From NCBI GenBank assembly GCA_034780895.1, contig JAUZTB010000071.1:14313467-14377466 (forward strand): a DNA stretch of 64,000 nucleotides, given 5' to 3'. A program made the position numbers and the translations under genes. Positions 13,781 to 28,259 of the stretch are shown here, piece after piece. Every line of letters begins with the position of its first letter. The stretch's first letter is position 1. The notes under the pieces were generated by a model. It saw nothing but the letters and a program-made list of their open reading frames with translations, made no database searches and had not been told where the DNA came from. Source of the stretch: Rhynchobatus australiae (Eukaryota).

Positions 13781-14244
13781 ATGTGAATTCTCATGTAAAG
13801 GTTGAGAACTTAGATCACATAGCTCTGTTTAGTTCAACGTTATGCAACTGAAAATAAACTTTGGAAGGCACGAAATGTGATAAAGTCGATTTCAACCATT
13901 TTGCATTCCTCTGGAAATTTAATCAGGTGTAATTTTGCCATCAGATTGCAAGTAAAACAGCTTTGATTTTTTTTTAGTGAAGACATTTATAAATAAGCAC
14001 TCCTAGGACAACTCTGCTTTAATAGTAGAGCACCAGAAGAGGAACCCATATAAATAAAGCTTCCTCCCATCAATTCCCCATTAGTGACTGAGAAAACCCC
14101 AGCGCCCCAGTTCCCCGATTGTCCAAGGTTCCTGACCCAGTGATCTCGTAAGGCCCACTGCACCAATCTCCCCATCCTCGATCATGGCCATAGCCCACCT
14201 CTCACACTTTGGTGGTTTTAGAGTTAATGTTTACCTCTGTGTGG

Positions 14245-14270
14245 GTGTGTGTGTGTGTGCGTGCGCGCGC
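14245..14270. repeat. (GT)n(GC)n alternating purine-pyrimidine tract
   Basis: gtgtgtgtgtgtgtgcgtgcgcgcgc. Confidence 0.9.
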
Positions 14271-15656
14271 AATATATATCATGGGGCTTCAGAATTTTAT
14301 CATATGTTACCTGCTTTCTTTATTGCCCAGGAAGTGAAAGAGTTGAAGGGTGGTATATGAAAGGCAAGTGCCTTCTTTTCACATATGTAGAAGTGTTGGG
14401 TGTTGGGTGAGGGAGCAATCAGTTTTTGTTATCTACAAGTTCAATAAAGAACCCCTGGCCTGTGGCTAGAAGCTTTTGGTTTGGAAACAGTATCAAATTT
14501 CTCTTATTAGTTTTAAGGTAAGTCTATTATTGATGAAAAATCTGCTCCAGTTTCCAGTTCCAACAAAGTTTCAAAATTGAACACATTTCTAAAAATGCCA
14601 TGAAACATTATCAATTTATGTATTAGTTCTTAAAAATAATATTATTTGGAACACTAAAGCGCACATTATAACATTTTTAGGGGTTAGTTATTTTAATTTA
14701 GATTGGGAATAGAAATGACATTTCTTAGTGCATCCACCACCCACAAAGCGTGCAATGGATTATTGACTTATCCACTGAGTTGCATGTATGAAAAATAGAT
14801 TCCCAGCCAAATTTATAATATTGAGTTGTCTCTTCTTCTCAAAAACAAGATTATCTGGCCAGCATGAATAGGAAGTGGTTCAGTGTTTTGAATTTGATTA
14901 TAACAAGCTGAAAATGACATAGAGTAAGACATTTGGTTGTTTTTACTCCACAGTCTTCATCCACGGAGCCAGATCTGAAACTCATACATCATCAATCAGC
15001 CTCTCAACCCAGCAGAACAATGAGGTAAAACAAAAAAAGTCTCAGTTTGAGCAAGCCGTGATCTATGACCTTGACATCACTTGGGAACCTAGTTAGAGCA
15101 ATCTCCAGCCGTAACTTCACTGCTTTATGTATGTGTGGTCGTGTTCACCTGTAAAGTACAAATCTTTAGTTACAAGATAGTGCTGGGCTGTTTCATNNNN
15201 NNNNNNNNNNNNNNNNNNNNNNNNNNNNNNNNNNNNNNNNNNNNNNNNNNNNNNNNNNNNNNNNNNNNNNNNNNNNNNNNNNNNNNNNNNNNNNNNNNNN
15301 NNNNNNNNNNNNNNNNNNNNNNNNNNNNNNNNNNNNNNNNNNNNNNNNNNNNNNNNNNNNNNNNNNNNNNNNNNNNNNNNNNNNNNNNNNNNNNNNNNNN
15401 NNNNNNNNNNNNNACTGAATTAGCAATTTATATACATATTTCAATTTTTTTCTTTATTTGTACATGGGATGTGGATGTCATTATTGTCTATCCCTTGTAA
15501 CCTCTGAACTCATAAGGCTGTTAAAAGTCAACCACAATAATAGGTCTGGAGTCACATAGTGGATAGCCCTGATTTACATGGCTGATTTCCTTCCCTGAAG
15601 GACACCTGTTAAACAAATGGTTTTTATGATAATCTGACAGTTTTAGAATTCTTGTT

Positions 15657-15658
<2 letters not shown>

Positions 15659-15694
<36 letters not shown>
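15659..15694. repeat. (TG)18 microsatellite
   Basis: Read directly from the sequence. Confidence 0.95.
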
Positions 15695-15697
<3 letters not shown>

Positions 15698-16409
15698 ATT
15701 TATATGTGTGCGTGTGTTCATAACTCAGTGCATAAAGACATGCTTGTTATGCAACAATGATAGAATCTCAATATTGTACCATTAGGGTTAGCGTTAGGAT
15801 TAGCAATAAGATTAGAATTTGGGATACCTGCCTTTATTATTCAGAAAATGAAGAGTGGTGTATAAAAAGCAAGTTCTTTCTTTTCAGGTGTGCAGATGTT
15901 GCGTGAATGAGGGATCAATTTTTTGTACTTGGTCCAACAAGTTCAATGCTTGGACCTATTGGCAATCTAAAATAGGCTTAAATAGCCATTGACTATAATG
16001 ATGAGGTGCCTAACATCTGCTTAAGACTCCCTTCCAGAACTTGTATAATGGTGAATGACCAAGCCTGGCTTGTTTTATTGGCATTTACTGAGGCACGAAA
16101 GGGATTTTTTTCTTCATCTGGAGCAATTGAGTGCAACAGAACTTCTTGTTTTGTGCCTGCATTTTAGTTCACTTAATGACCTTTAAGAATGTTTGCAAAT
16201 TTCCCTTCACTAGAATATTTTATGAAGACATTTACACAAGACTTCATCACAATGTGAAGACATTCTTTTAATTTAATTATCTGTGATCTTTAAACTTACC
16301 AAATCCTGGCTTACCCATATACTTACCAAATTGTCTCAGCTACTCTGCTCTATTTCCTTCAAAGATACAAACTCTTCCCCAATAGACTCTTTTTAGTTTC
16401 CAAATTCTA

Positions 16410-16830
16410 TTCCCTTCTTTACAGGAAAGAAATGAGGCACTGAAGAAGGTACGGAAGAGATTTACAAGGAATTTGCCAGGCCTGGAACATTTTAGGAATG
16501 AGGAAAAATTGGATAAAGTGAATTGTTTTCTTCAGAACAGAGGAGGCCGAGAGGAGACTTAATTGAAGTGTTAGAAGTTATGAGGGGCCTAGATAGAGTA
16601 AACAGTACGGAAACTATTTCCCTTGGCAGAGGGGTCAAAAAGTAGGGGGCATAGATTTAAAGTAATTGACAGGAGGATCAGAGGAAAGATGATGTAGGTC
16701 TGGAACCTATTGGAAGGGTAGAAGACAAAGAAATTCGTCTCACATTTAATTAGGATGAGTTCTGGAACTGGAGTGAGCTTCAGAGCTATAGATCAACCAC
16801 TGGAAGATGGAGTTAGGCTGGGTAGCTCTT
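16410..16830 (+). mobile_element. CR1 LINE 3' fragment
   Basis: gaagagatttacaagg..gagaggagacttaattgaagtg..gggcatagatttaaagt, CR1 ORF2 C-terminal region. Confidence 0.8.
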
Positions 16831-18629
16831 TTACATTCTGTGTTGTAAATTTTTTGTGATTTTAAGAAACCAATATTTGTTTTGCCGTGAGTTATGGGGA
16901 GGGTGTGGCTATTTGCACAGTCATTGGATGATAGGCTAATGACAGGCGATTACACTGTACATTCAGAGACGTATGTGTATAGCATGGATACAATGGACAG
17001 AATGGGCTCCTTCTCGACTATATTCTCATACACTGGATTCTCATCCTCTCCATGACCAGCTTAGTTTTTGTAACTTCCTTTGTAGTGGAATTCACAAATA
17101 ATTTGTCAAGATAAAGAAACTCTGCAGGACTAAGACACATCTGTTGATTCTCTGCTGATGCTGAAATTCAGGATATCAGAGCAATTTTATTGTCTCCTTG
17201 TCTCACCCCCTCTCTTCCCTTTCCTTCTGAACATAAACCTGGTAATTGCTCATTTCATCACTGGGGACAATATGGAAAAACACTGAATTCTCCAGTCCTG
17301 TTTCTGTACACCATGTGGAAGACACATGCTCTCAAAAAATAGATTGAATTAGATGTTACACAAGATTTGGCATTTAAGGGGCAAGTTAACTGCAGGAAAC
17401 AAGGGCTCTGTTTTCTCAGAGGTAGCTGGGTCTGATCATCGCCTGTTGAATGGAACAGCAGGGAACCGCAGCCCACTCCTCAACAAATGCTGGACCATGT
17501 TCAGATTCTCTTTATCCATTGTATGGGCCATGAGGAGGTGGCTGTTTGAATGCGTTTTGAATTAAAACACTTAGAGCTGAGAGATTTATATCTTTGCATT
17601 ATTGCCTTTGTCCAAACCATATTGGCAAATAACCTCAAATCTAGGTGCATTTTCTAATTGTCACGAATTGTAAAATGGAACAACTGATCTATTCTACAGC
17701 ACTGTAATTTTTCACCATAATTAAGCAGAAAACCTGGTTTATCTCGAGAGAAAGAAAGAGGGGGTGTAGTTGACTCAACACATCACGGCTATTGCCAACC
17801 TTTCCCACATTGTTTAGTTTCCACTATCTGTTCCAAGATATGTTCCCAAGGGATTCCTAGATATCCAGCTGTTTGAACTTGGATGATGGCTTGAGCCTGG
17901 TATAAGGCCTCCCTTCACAGACAAATTGAAACAATATGACCTTGTGTGTGACTGAGCTGCTGAGAGAGGAAACAAAGGATTACTGACACTCACAAAAAAA
18001 GGCACCTGCATAGAGCATTGCAATGGATACTGCTGTTTAAACCGCTGCTCCACTATAACTCACATATACAACCTGTAACCTGATAGCCTTCCACTCATTT
18101 TTATGTGCAGCTAGCTTCTCATAGGTAGAATTAAGACCACAGGCAAAATGGTATTATTTAAGAAATCTTTTCCAATATAGTTGATTTCTGTTTGCTGTTC
18201 ATTAGTAATTATTTTGATATCTCAAACTTCTTTCCAATCAAATAATCATTAAATATTTGCTGTTAAATAATGTAACCTAGTTTTAATAATTTTTGCATTT
18301 GCTATCTCTTTCCCTTCCTTCTGCAATTAAAATGAAGCATTCCAAGTCTTGCTACTCACTGTGAACAGGGAAAATCTCTGCTTAATATTGTTAACAGAAG
18401 ACAGCTATGGCTTAAATCTTCCAATTGATAGTTGTTCCTGATCCAACAACCTCCTGGAGAAAGAGACATAACCTACCCATCAGTAATGTTCAATAGTAAT
18501 TGATTGGTAATTGTTTTATTAGCTTCCATTTGGCATCAAACCCAATAAAGAATCCAGTCTTTAGGACCTGCTTTAAGTGTGACATTTCTGACATCAGAAT
18601 AGAAGGTTTGAGGTTGTACTGTTTCATCT

Positions 18630-19180
18630 TGGTTGATAAGGCAGTTGAAAAAGCAAATGGGATTCTTGCCTATGTAAAAAAAGGATGTTGCATACTTAAA
18701 CCATGAAGTTGTATCACACCTTTAAGCCCTAACTAGAATAGATTCTGGACATGCCCACAATTTAGAAAAGATGCCAATTCCTTGGAGAGGATGCAGCGAA
18801 GATTTACCGGTTACTTCAGCTATGTGGAGAGGATGAAGGGACAGTGATTGTTTTCGGTAGAACAGAGAAAATTAAAGGGGCACCCAAAAGAGCATTCAAA
18901 ATGACAAGGGATTTTAATGCAGCACAAAGGTAGACTCTGTTTCCTCCTTAGCAAATGGGCTGGTAGTTAGAAATAAGGACTTAAAATAACAGGCAATAAA
19001 AAAAAGAACTCGAGGAGAGTTATGTTATGATCTGCAAAAGCTATCTGAAAGAGTGTGGGAATCGCATTTCATGGATTTGTCACAAGCCATTGGACATGTA
19101 TGTGACAAGAAATCATTTACAGATTTAAATTGAGAAAGCTAGGGTGTAGGATTAAACTGGGCAGCTCTGTTGAAGAACAG
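18630..19180 (+). mobile_element. Old CR1 LINE 3' fragment
   Basis: VDKAVEKANGILAYV.. and ttggagaggatgcagcgaagatttacc (LERMQRRFT). Confidence 0.75.
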
Positions 19181-19199
19181 GCACAAATACAAACATCAA

Positions 19200-19790
19200 T
19201 ACCAATTTCCATTTATATAGCTCCTTTAACATAGGAAAATGACTGAAGGCATTTTGCAAGAGTATTATCAAGCAAACTAATTAATGCTGAAACATGTAAG
19301 GAATTATTAGGCTAAATGACCAAAAGCTTGGTGAGACAAGAAGCTTTTCGTAAAGAAGAAAATAGGTAAAGGCGTGGAAAGATTTATGGAAGGAATTGCT
19401 GAGTTTGGGGCCTTGGCAACTAAAGACAAATTCTTCAATGGTAGAGCGATTAATTGGGAGATAAACAATGGGCTAAAATTGGAGGAGCATGGATATCTTG
19501 AAGGGTTGTAGGGGTGGAGGAGATCACAGAGCTAAGAAGGAGCAAGACCATAGAGATTTGAAGCTAATTTGTCAATGTTAAAAGCAGAGTGATAGATGAT
19601 GGATACACAGTACTGGGTGCACTTTAGGACAAGGACAGTAGAGTTTTGGGTGACCTCAAATTCACAGAGAGTAGATTGGGGTGCCAGCCAGGACAATGTT
19701 TGAATAGTCAAGCCTAAAATAACAAAAGGGATGGTGGAGGGTTTTAGCAGAGCTTCAGAGTTGGAATATGTTGCAGAGATGGACTGTTTT
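19200..19790 (-). mobile_element. L2-type LINE 3' fragment
   Basis: Begins catttatatagctcctttaac..gaccaaaagcttggt, the reverse complement of the tail shared with the Deu-type SINEs in this window. Family assignment from recalled consensus. Confidence 0.65.
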
Positions 19791-20309
19791 AATTGTGACA
19801 CAATGTATGTTATNNNNNNNNNNNNNNNNNNNNNNNNNNNNNNNNNNNNNNNNNNNNNNNNNNNNNNNNNNNNNNNNNNNNNNNNNNNNNNNNNNNNNNN
19901 NNNNNNNNNNNNNGTTCCTGTGATTACGGTGGCTACAAGTATCAGCAAACACAATCTACTTTTGGATATCTCCTGTAGGAATTAGATATAATTTTTAAAA
20001 TTGCTACAGTTTTGATGAAGGGCAGAAGTTTAAACTGAGTAGTTCATCTTCAAACCATATGACTGGGGCAATGTAGTGAAATTCCAATATTTTCTACAGC
20101 ACTTTGCCAGTATTTATTGACAACACATCAGCCAATGAGTTGGCAGTGGGGCGAGGCATAGGACACAGCAAATAGAAACAAGTTAAGCTTTCCTTGTGTA
20201 ATTTATGATTGGGTGGCACATTTGCAATTCCTTTCCACAGATTCACTATTGTGCTTGGACATGATCTCTTTTTCATTTCTTCTTAAATTCCAGGAGGAGA
20301 GTCACAGTA

Positions 20310-20660
20310 AGGGCAGTATTTATTTCCCATCCCTAGTAGCATTTTAGGTAAGAGTCAACCACATTACTGTACGTCAGGAATTAAATAGAGCCCAGGTGTG
20401 GTAAGATTTCCTTTTCTGAAGGATATTTGCAAACCAGGTGAGATCTTACCACCGTTTCATAACCACCATTTCCGACCAACTTTGAAGGAGAAAATATACT
20501 GCCTTAAAGAGCTGGAGTAGAGAAATATGCAACCTGGGAGCGTGAGGCTGGAATGAACAGCTTTTCAATTCCGGATTATGTAATTAACTGAATTTAAATT
20601 CTCCTAGTTGTGGGATTCGAACACACATCTCCGGATTACCAGTTCAGTCATCACTATTCT
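20310..20660 (-). mobile_element. tRNA-headed SINE, same family as 38935-39605 (other copies at about 10825-11110, 15450-15655 and 30330-30560)
   Basis: Shared aagagtcaaccacatt..atttcctt..gaaggatatt..tgggattcgaac (B box GTTCGAATCC on the minus strand). Confidence 0.7.
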
Positions 20661-22099
20661 ACTGTTTTTAGTATCCCATTGTTGCATATTCTAAACCTGA
20701 ATTGAAGAATTACTGCATTCTCTGATTTAGTGTATATGGCCCAATGCCACCTCAGTAATGAAGATATGCCCATAACATGCCAAACACACACTTTGCTATA
20801 AATAACATTGAGGTTTGAAACTATACTATTGTGGTTCTGGAAGAATTAAGAGTGAATCAAAGGAGAGAAGAAAATAAAGGCATGTTTACCTCGACATCTT
20901 TTCCAACATAAGAACTCCCAGCTGGTGGCAACAGCTGTTCATGTTGAAGAGTTAACTGTTTAGTTTGTAAGGAAATATTGAGGCCAAACATTTAACGGAG
21001 GAACCGAGAAACATAAAATTTCCCAAAAATCTGACAGCAACCATAAAAAATAAACCGTGAAATGAAGAAAATATAGAAAGGTAGGTTATTTAATGTTGTG
21101 CTCCATAAATGTACCCCATCTAGTGTGATGGGATGGGTGGAAATGGATGATTTATTTTTCCCTTGGGGGTAGTAAATTCTGTCCGAAGCAGACCCTGCCT
21201 TTCAGTTCACTCGAGCCTCATGCTCTCAGGCTGCATTCTTCTCTTTCCCAGCTCTTTAAGGCAGCATATTTTTCCTTCAAAATTGGTGCCATGGGAGGAT
21301 GTGTAGAAGACATCGCAATCCTTAGTGCACCCACTCCTGTGAACTTCCCAGGTTTTTGTAGTGGAGGAAAGAAACAGTTCATTCATAAAAGCCAGCATCC
21401 AAGGCTGGATGGCAGGTGGCTAAAAATAACAGTAGGATGCAGATGTCGACAAAAGTAGGTTTTATGTAGTATTAAAGTGTTTATTAAAGAGGCATTGTCT
21501 GGATCCGAATGGCTTTTGCTAGATAGGCAGGCTAACCAAAGAGTTTTCACCTTTTTCAAATATGTTTCTAGTAGTCTGATTACAATTACTTCTCTGCCAA
21601 ACAAATTGAGGGCTGAGCAGATGTAACTGGACCACTAAGCCCCAAGGCCCAGCAATATTGCCAATACTCAGCTGTGTATTAATGCTGATTTTTTTTAAAA
21701 TTAGTTGTTTTACTCTCTCCCTTCCCCCCTCTATTTGTTTTTAATACATTTTCCTCACCTCTGACAATGCCATGCATCACTAGTTACTAGGCAGGTGACC
21801 TCCAGGTCTCTGGGAATGATGCACCTGAACATGATTAAGTGTGGCTTGGAATGTTTATTGGCAGTTAATTGCCCCTCCTTTGATGCAGAAAGGGTTTTAA
21901 ATCTGTGCTTCTTATTGGCATGGCAACCAAGTCTGGGATCTTGCTGTGCAAAATCTTGCACTCCCTGGTACAGGTTCCCCAATATACATCTTTATGATAG
22001 GGCAGCAAATGGACAATATGGTGATCAGTTTATCTGATTCCCAGCATTACACTCTTTTCTGTCCCAATATAAGAACTCCCAATCACAAAAAATGTATCT

Positions 22100-22535
22100 A
22101 TTTTGTTTTGCTTAGACCTCGCTTACAGTAATGCATGCAGTTCTGGCCACCATATTATAAAGAAGGTATAATGGCATCAGAAAGGAGGTGGAGAAGGTTT
22201 GCAAGGATGGTACTTGAAATACAAGTGTATAAGTATCAGGGAAGAACAAGTAGACTGGTTCCCTTTTCCACGTGTTTGAAAAGCAAAACTAGGGGCCACC
22301 ATTGTAACACAGGCACCAGGAGGTCCAATGGAGAATTCAGAAGAACGTTACCCAAAGTGGGATGAGAATGTGAAACTTGCTCCCAGAGGGAGTGGATATA
22401 AATAATATAAATGCATTTAAGTTGAGGTTGGACAAGCCAACAAGGGAAAAGGAAGAGCTAGATTTAGAAGAGGAAAGACAGGAGGAGACTCAAATGGATT
22501 GGTTCAGCCAAATGGCCTGTTTTGGTGCCATATAT
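22100..22535 (+). mobile_element. CR1 LINE 3' fragment
   Basis: RPRLQ..QFWPPYYKEGIMASERRWRRFARMV..SKTRGH, then a ccaaatggcctgtt tail. Confidence 0.75.
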
Positions 22536-25500
22536 TCAGTGTAAATGAGATCATATTTGAGCGAATGTTGTAAGTAGAAATGGAAGTAGAAAAGTGACAT
22601 TCCGGCTAAGTTTGAACATTTTTAAGATCACAGATTGGATCATTCTCGTCTGATGCTTGGTCACAGACTTCCATGTTCTCACTGCTGCCTCTTTCTACAC
22701 TTTTAGAGTTTGTGATCAGCTTTATAGTGTCTAAGCTGCAATGCAATTATGTTGAAAATGGCAGTTGTTAATAAAATAGATTGTCTGTGGAGGTTATATT
22801 TGCCAAGAAAATGGAAGATGTGGCTTTGTGTTTCTGTGTGTCAGGCACTCCATTTAGTATGAAAAATAAAACATGATCAAAAATCATCTGTTTTTTGATC
22901 TTCTGAGCAGATCAAAAGTTCAATGATTTTCTTCCAGGGTCTTCAGTACATCATTTGAGTAAAGCATGAAGGACCTTAGACCGATACATTGGTATTCAAT
23001 GATGTACAAGCACATCTGAATGCTGCTTCCAGGAGTTTCATTTGCTGATGTAGGGCCCATGCCATCTGTCTGCTGCTCATGCAGAAACAGACTTCCAACT
23101 CACCATGTGAGGTATGTCTCTTCATGACATAAGGTAGACTCTTTGGGCAGTGCTGTGGAACGGAATCAGGGAGGCTCACTTTAAGTAATCTCTCTNNNNN
23201 NNNNNNNNNNNNNNNNNNNNNNNNNNNNNNNNNNNNNNNNNNNNNNNNNNNNNNNNNNNNNNNNNNNNNNNNNNNNNNNNNNNNNNNNNNNNNNNNNNNN
23301 NNNNNNNNNNNNNNNNNNNNNNNNNNNNNNNNNNNNNNNNNNNNNNNNNNNNNNNNNNNNNNNNNNNNNNNNNNNNNNNNNNNNNNNNNNNNNNNNNNNN
23401 NNNNNNNNNNNNNNNNNNNNNNNNNNNNNNNNNNNNNNNNNNNNNNNNNNNNNNNNNNNNNNNNNNNNNNNNNNNNNNNNNNNNNNNNNNNNNNNNNNNN
23501 NNNNNNNNNNNNNNNNNNNNNNNNNNNNNNNNNNNNNNNNNNNNNNNNNNNNNNNNNNNNNNNNNNNNNNNNNNNNNNNNNNNNNNNNNNNNNNNNNNNN
23601 NNNNNNNNNNNNNNNNNNNNNNNNNNNNNNNNNNNNNNNNNNNNNNNNNNNNNNNNNNNNNNNNNNNNNNNNNNNNNNNNNNNNNNNNNNNNNNNNNNNN
23701 NNNNNNNNNNNNNNNNNNNNNNNNNNNNNNNNNNNNNNNNNNNNNNNNNNNNNNNNNNNNNNNNNNNNNNNNNNNNNNNNNNNNNNNNNNCCATGATAAA
23801 TGCAAGTCATAACCTTGGCATAGATTCTGTCCTTTCTTTCCAAAGTCACCAAAACAAGGCGGCTCCCTGGAAACACATGTATTGCATGATTTGATGAGAT
23901 ACCTGACCTATGGAGAATGCGCTATTCCTAAATTTCTTTTATTGACCCGTTCTTTTTCACTCTCTTCCTCATCTGCTGATTTCTTGACAATATTTTAATC
24001 ATGGTTGATTTTCCAATTAATCTGCAGGCAACATTCAACTGTTTCCATCTTTGCACTGAGGTTTCTTTTTTTCAGTACCATGGCAAAAAAAAGAGAAAAA
24101 CATCGATAAAACTTCACTGAAAAAACAATTACAAAAAGAAATTACTCCAAAGCCATTCTCTTTTAAGGGTTCCCCCATGTGCAGAGCTTTCCTCTACATC
24201 CACTCCAGATGGGCAAGACGACACAACATGATCCCTGCCCAAATCAACAGGAAATTGCACAAGGGGTCACTTCCATTTATTAATGAGGTCCTTTCTCAGA
24301 GCACTTTAGGGCCTTCTAACAGGCAAAATGAATCCCCACTCTCACATGTTTGTAACAGGCCAATGAGACCAGCACAGCTGGCCAGAAATCTAGCCCTTCC
24401 GATTCGTAACAAACAATGTGTAGACATTTCAGGACTTTGGTCTGCCAAGATTTGAGTTGTTGGTTTCCAGTTATCAATGTATCTAATAATCTTCATTGCA
24501 TTATTAAGGAAAAGCGTCCCAAATTAGAAGAAGCATTTTGTAGGAGTATTATTTGAACTGCAGTCAAATTACTTATAATTTCATATTGTCTTTTTAAGTA
24601 TTGATTGATCCCTAATTTACTTGTAATTAATATTAGCATTATGTTAATTAATACAAAACAAAGTTCATTGAATTTCATTTAATATTTGACATTATTTCTG
24701 GCAGTGGCAAGTGTGACAACTTGGAATTTGTGGCTGGAATAGGAAAATGCTTGTAACCATTAAACGGTGAAATTTTGGGACTGCCACACATATGCAGTTT
24801 TACATGGGAATCCCAAAATTTGCTGCCTATGGGTCATCCTCCTCCATAGGTGGTCCTCTGCAGACAAGGGAGATTAGCGACCAGTCAAGAAATTGAGGAA
24901 TTTACAAATCCTCGCTCTCTAAAATATCCTCAAATTGCCACATTTTGTGGCATGGTATGTGAATTTTTAATGTCCTACTAAGACAAAATTCTCACTTCCT
25001 AGCAAAACCCAGTATTTTGTTTGTGAAATTTAATTCTCAAACATTTCGAAATATGATATTGAAATAATGTATTACCTATTTTTACTTTTTAATAAATTCA
25101 CTTTGGGTATCTCTGCTTCTTTTGATTCCACTTATTTATTTTGCACTCTGTAAAATACTTAATATGTTAGCTGTCTGTGAGAATTCTTTAATTGATTGGT
25201 TTTCAGCCAGCTTGGTGACTTTACTAAATTTCTGTGCACCATATATCCCTTTGAAGTGACTGAAGTAACAAAAGGGGAAGCTCACACCACAGAGACTGCT
25301 TGATGATCAGAAATGGAAATGTCTGCTATGCAGTATGGTAGCTGTTGTGAAATTCCAGGAAACAATGACATGAGAGAGGCTAACAAATCCAAGCTCTTCT
25401 GAACTTTTTTCCAACCAAAAACATCGAATGAGTGTTATAGCAGTCATTGTTCTTTTCATAGGGAACAAATATATTTATGGTCAACTTACCATAAGGTTGG

Positions 25501-28259
25501 GAATGGATCACAAAGACTTCACATTAAAATTAATCAGTCTTTGTTTAATTAAGTATGTAGGTTAAAGAACAATTTTTATTGTGACAGAATTTTGAGGATA
25601 TCTCTCCTTGTGGTGTCATCAGCAATGAGTAGGATCTGTAAAGTGATCATTGATTAAACAAGAGAAGAATGGGGCCTTGGCTCACAGTAATGTTGAATTC
25701 TAAAAGACTAATTGCAAGTTTAAATTAGCCAGCTGAGTATTTATTATCACAGCTGTAAATAATTGGAGAAAAGTACTTTTAAATAGGGCCAGAAAAACTG
25801 GATGACGTCACCCGGAAAGGTTTGTATGGTGTTGATCACATCTGCATCTCTTTTCATAATGGCACCTCCTTTCTTCAGTCCAGTCTATTACTGTCATACT
25901 GGATGAATCAGATTTGAACTCCACAATGAAGCAAGTTTGTCAGCATGACCACTGACCCCAATCATATTGTTGTAGAGGTGTATAAAACTAATATTTTCAT
26001 TTCGAAGTGTTTCGCATCTGCTACATGTGAATCAGACATGGATTGTCTTTTGAGTAAATCTTTAATCTGGATTATCCACCCATTAATTTTTGAATGCCAT
26101 TCAGTAATGTCAAGCTGTCACACTAGTGAATATGCCTTAAATTAGCAAATATTTGCACCAATGTAAAAACTGCTACGGNNNNNNNNNNNNNNNNNNNNNN
26201 NNNNNGTAGCAAGATATTAATCTTCAGTGCATCATCATACTTACTACGATATTGTATTGTTCAATTGATTCTAAATTAATGGCTAATTTAGATGAGGCAT
26301 TAAGCATATGCAATAGATTGACTGAGATTGAATCAATATGTGTTACTACTCCATGCACATGGTTAGATTTACTCCGTTGGCCTTGAATTAATTTAGGTCA
26401 AACCATGTAAACATTCGAGCTGACTTATGCAGAATATCTTCCACGGAAATCAACATCTAAGCTTGGGAATTAATGTGGAGTATGTTCATTTGGATTCAGT
26501 TTGACTTCTTGTGTCGCTCATCACTTGTGCAACTTGTTTAGTTCAGCTTTTTACTTTTGCTCTCTTTCACATCATCGGAATCATAATTTTTGCCATGAGA
26601 ACTTTTCTCTGTGCGACCACAGTCCTTAACACTTTCAATTTTAAAGGCAGCCACATCCAGGAAGAATAGTTTGTTGCTATGACAGTGAACTTCATCACCA
26701 TTTTAAAAAATGTTATCACAAACCTAATCAGCAATTCAGAAACACAGGGAACTACTCTATAATTTGCAATGTAGATTTCAATCATTATGAAACTTTCTGT
26801 GAAGCAAGTTACCAGTTTAATTCAAAAGCTGTAAATTTGATGTATGATCATTTAAGATTCAAGAGCCCTTGCTTTATTTTTATGATTGAAAATCAAGTTA
26901 TAAATGACTATAGTAGTCTCACATCCATTGACATTAACAAAATCTCATTAGATCTGGGAATGTATGGGAACATTCTGTTAGTGTAAGGATCAGGAAAAAC
27001 CAGCTGGAAGTCTGCTCTCCAGATCTTACCGAAGAATTCAGACCAGAAGAAGGTTGACTCACTTCCACATTGTGACACAGCCCGGGATAGAATATGCTTG
27101 GAATTATTGAAAGATGCTTTCTTGTTCACTAAAGGTGACATGACCAAGAAATACTTTTCTACCATATTCAATGTAAAGTAATGCTATAAATTTCTACAAT
27201 TCCATCATTGAACATTTGGCCCACAGTTATAAGATAAAAATCCAATTTATCATTACTATAAAAGCAAATTATGCTGATGGAAAATTGACCTTGATAAAGT
27301 GCTTGTATCCAAAAGCTACTGCACACAACTGATCCGTGTAACCCCTCTCCAACCTCACTCATTAGAACTAAATTCTAACTTTGAAATTGAATTGATGTAC
27401 CCATTTCAGATTGAGTTTTTATTCATTGAATTTTCAGTTTGCTATGTAAATTAATGCTGAAAATAGCAACCAAAGTCAGTGATAAGAAAGCTTTCTACAT
27501 CAGGATGGTTATTCACAGTCAATATCCAGATACAATAATCTGTCAAGATAGTACTAAAATTGGTGGTGTCTTGTCCATCTTCATGTTGCATTAAATACTG
27601 TTTCCTCAAACTCTGTATTTTACAGTAGTGAGCTATGATTGAAATATATCATCTGTGATGTTCCAATTGGAATAAGTGGATAAGGAACCTGTGGAAGATA
27701 CCTTTCAGATGAAATGATTCCAAACAGTTTCTTGCTTCACGCCACCAGCCTTGATAGTCCTTTAGCCCATTTATTACTCCTCGGCTATCTATCTTTTTAT
27801 CATAAGATTGAAGATTTCTGCTAACACTGGAACTCCATAATTGGGTTAAACTGGTTAGCTTGAGGGGATGAGGAATTTTCTAATTATGTAATATTTGGGT
27901 GTAATTCACTAAAATAAAGCACTGTAAAACTAACCAACCTCCCATGGTTTGGCTTCAGAATAATATGGAATCAAGTTTGGTTGTCAGGTTTATTGTACCT
28001 GGTTCATCCCTTTAAATTCACAACTCGGTTGCCCCCTGTGAAAACAGTGTAGAGAGACACATCCTGACATCAGTTACTGGCTAAGTACTGTGGGATGTTT
28101 CTCTACCTGGTCAGATGTTCTCCTTGAGGAGAGGTCACATTATCCAAATATCAGAAGAAAGAGCTACAAAATGACTAATTTTCTTTCTTTTCAAATGTAT
28201 ATTTTAAAATGTAGTTATTTTTCATAACCTTAATACAAAGTTTTGCATTTAAAGTATCT

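Noticed and set aside
22976-23876. Long ORFs of 209-272 aa in the track (also 15135-15500, 31313-31850 and others)
   Set aside because: Their length comes from N runs translated as X.
26986-27134. GSGKTS Walker-A-like peptide in an open plus-strand frame
   Set aside because: Immediately preceded by a stop codon, weak acceptor, incomplete GxxxxGKT motif and no other NTPase motifs.
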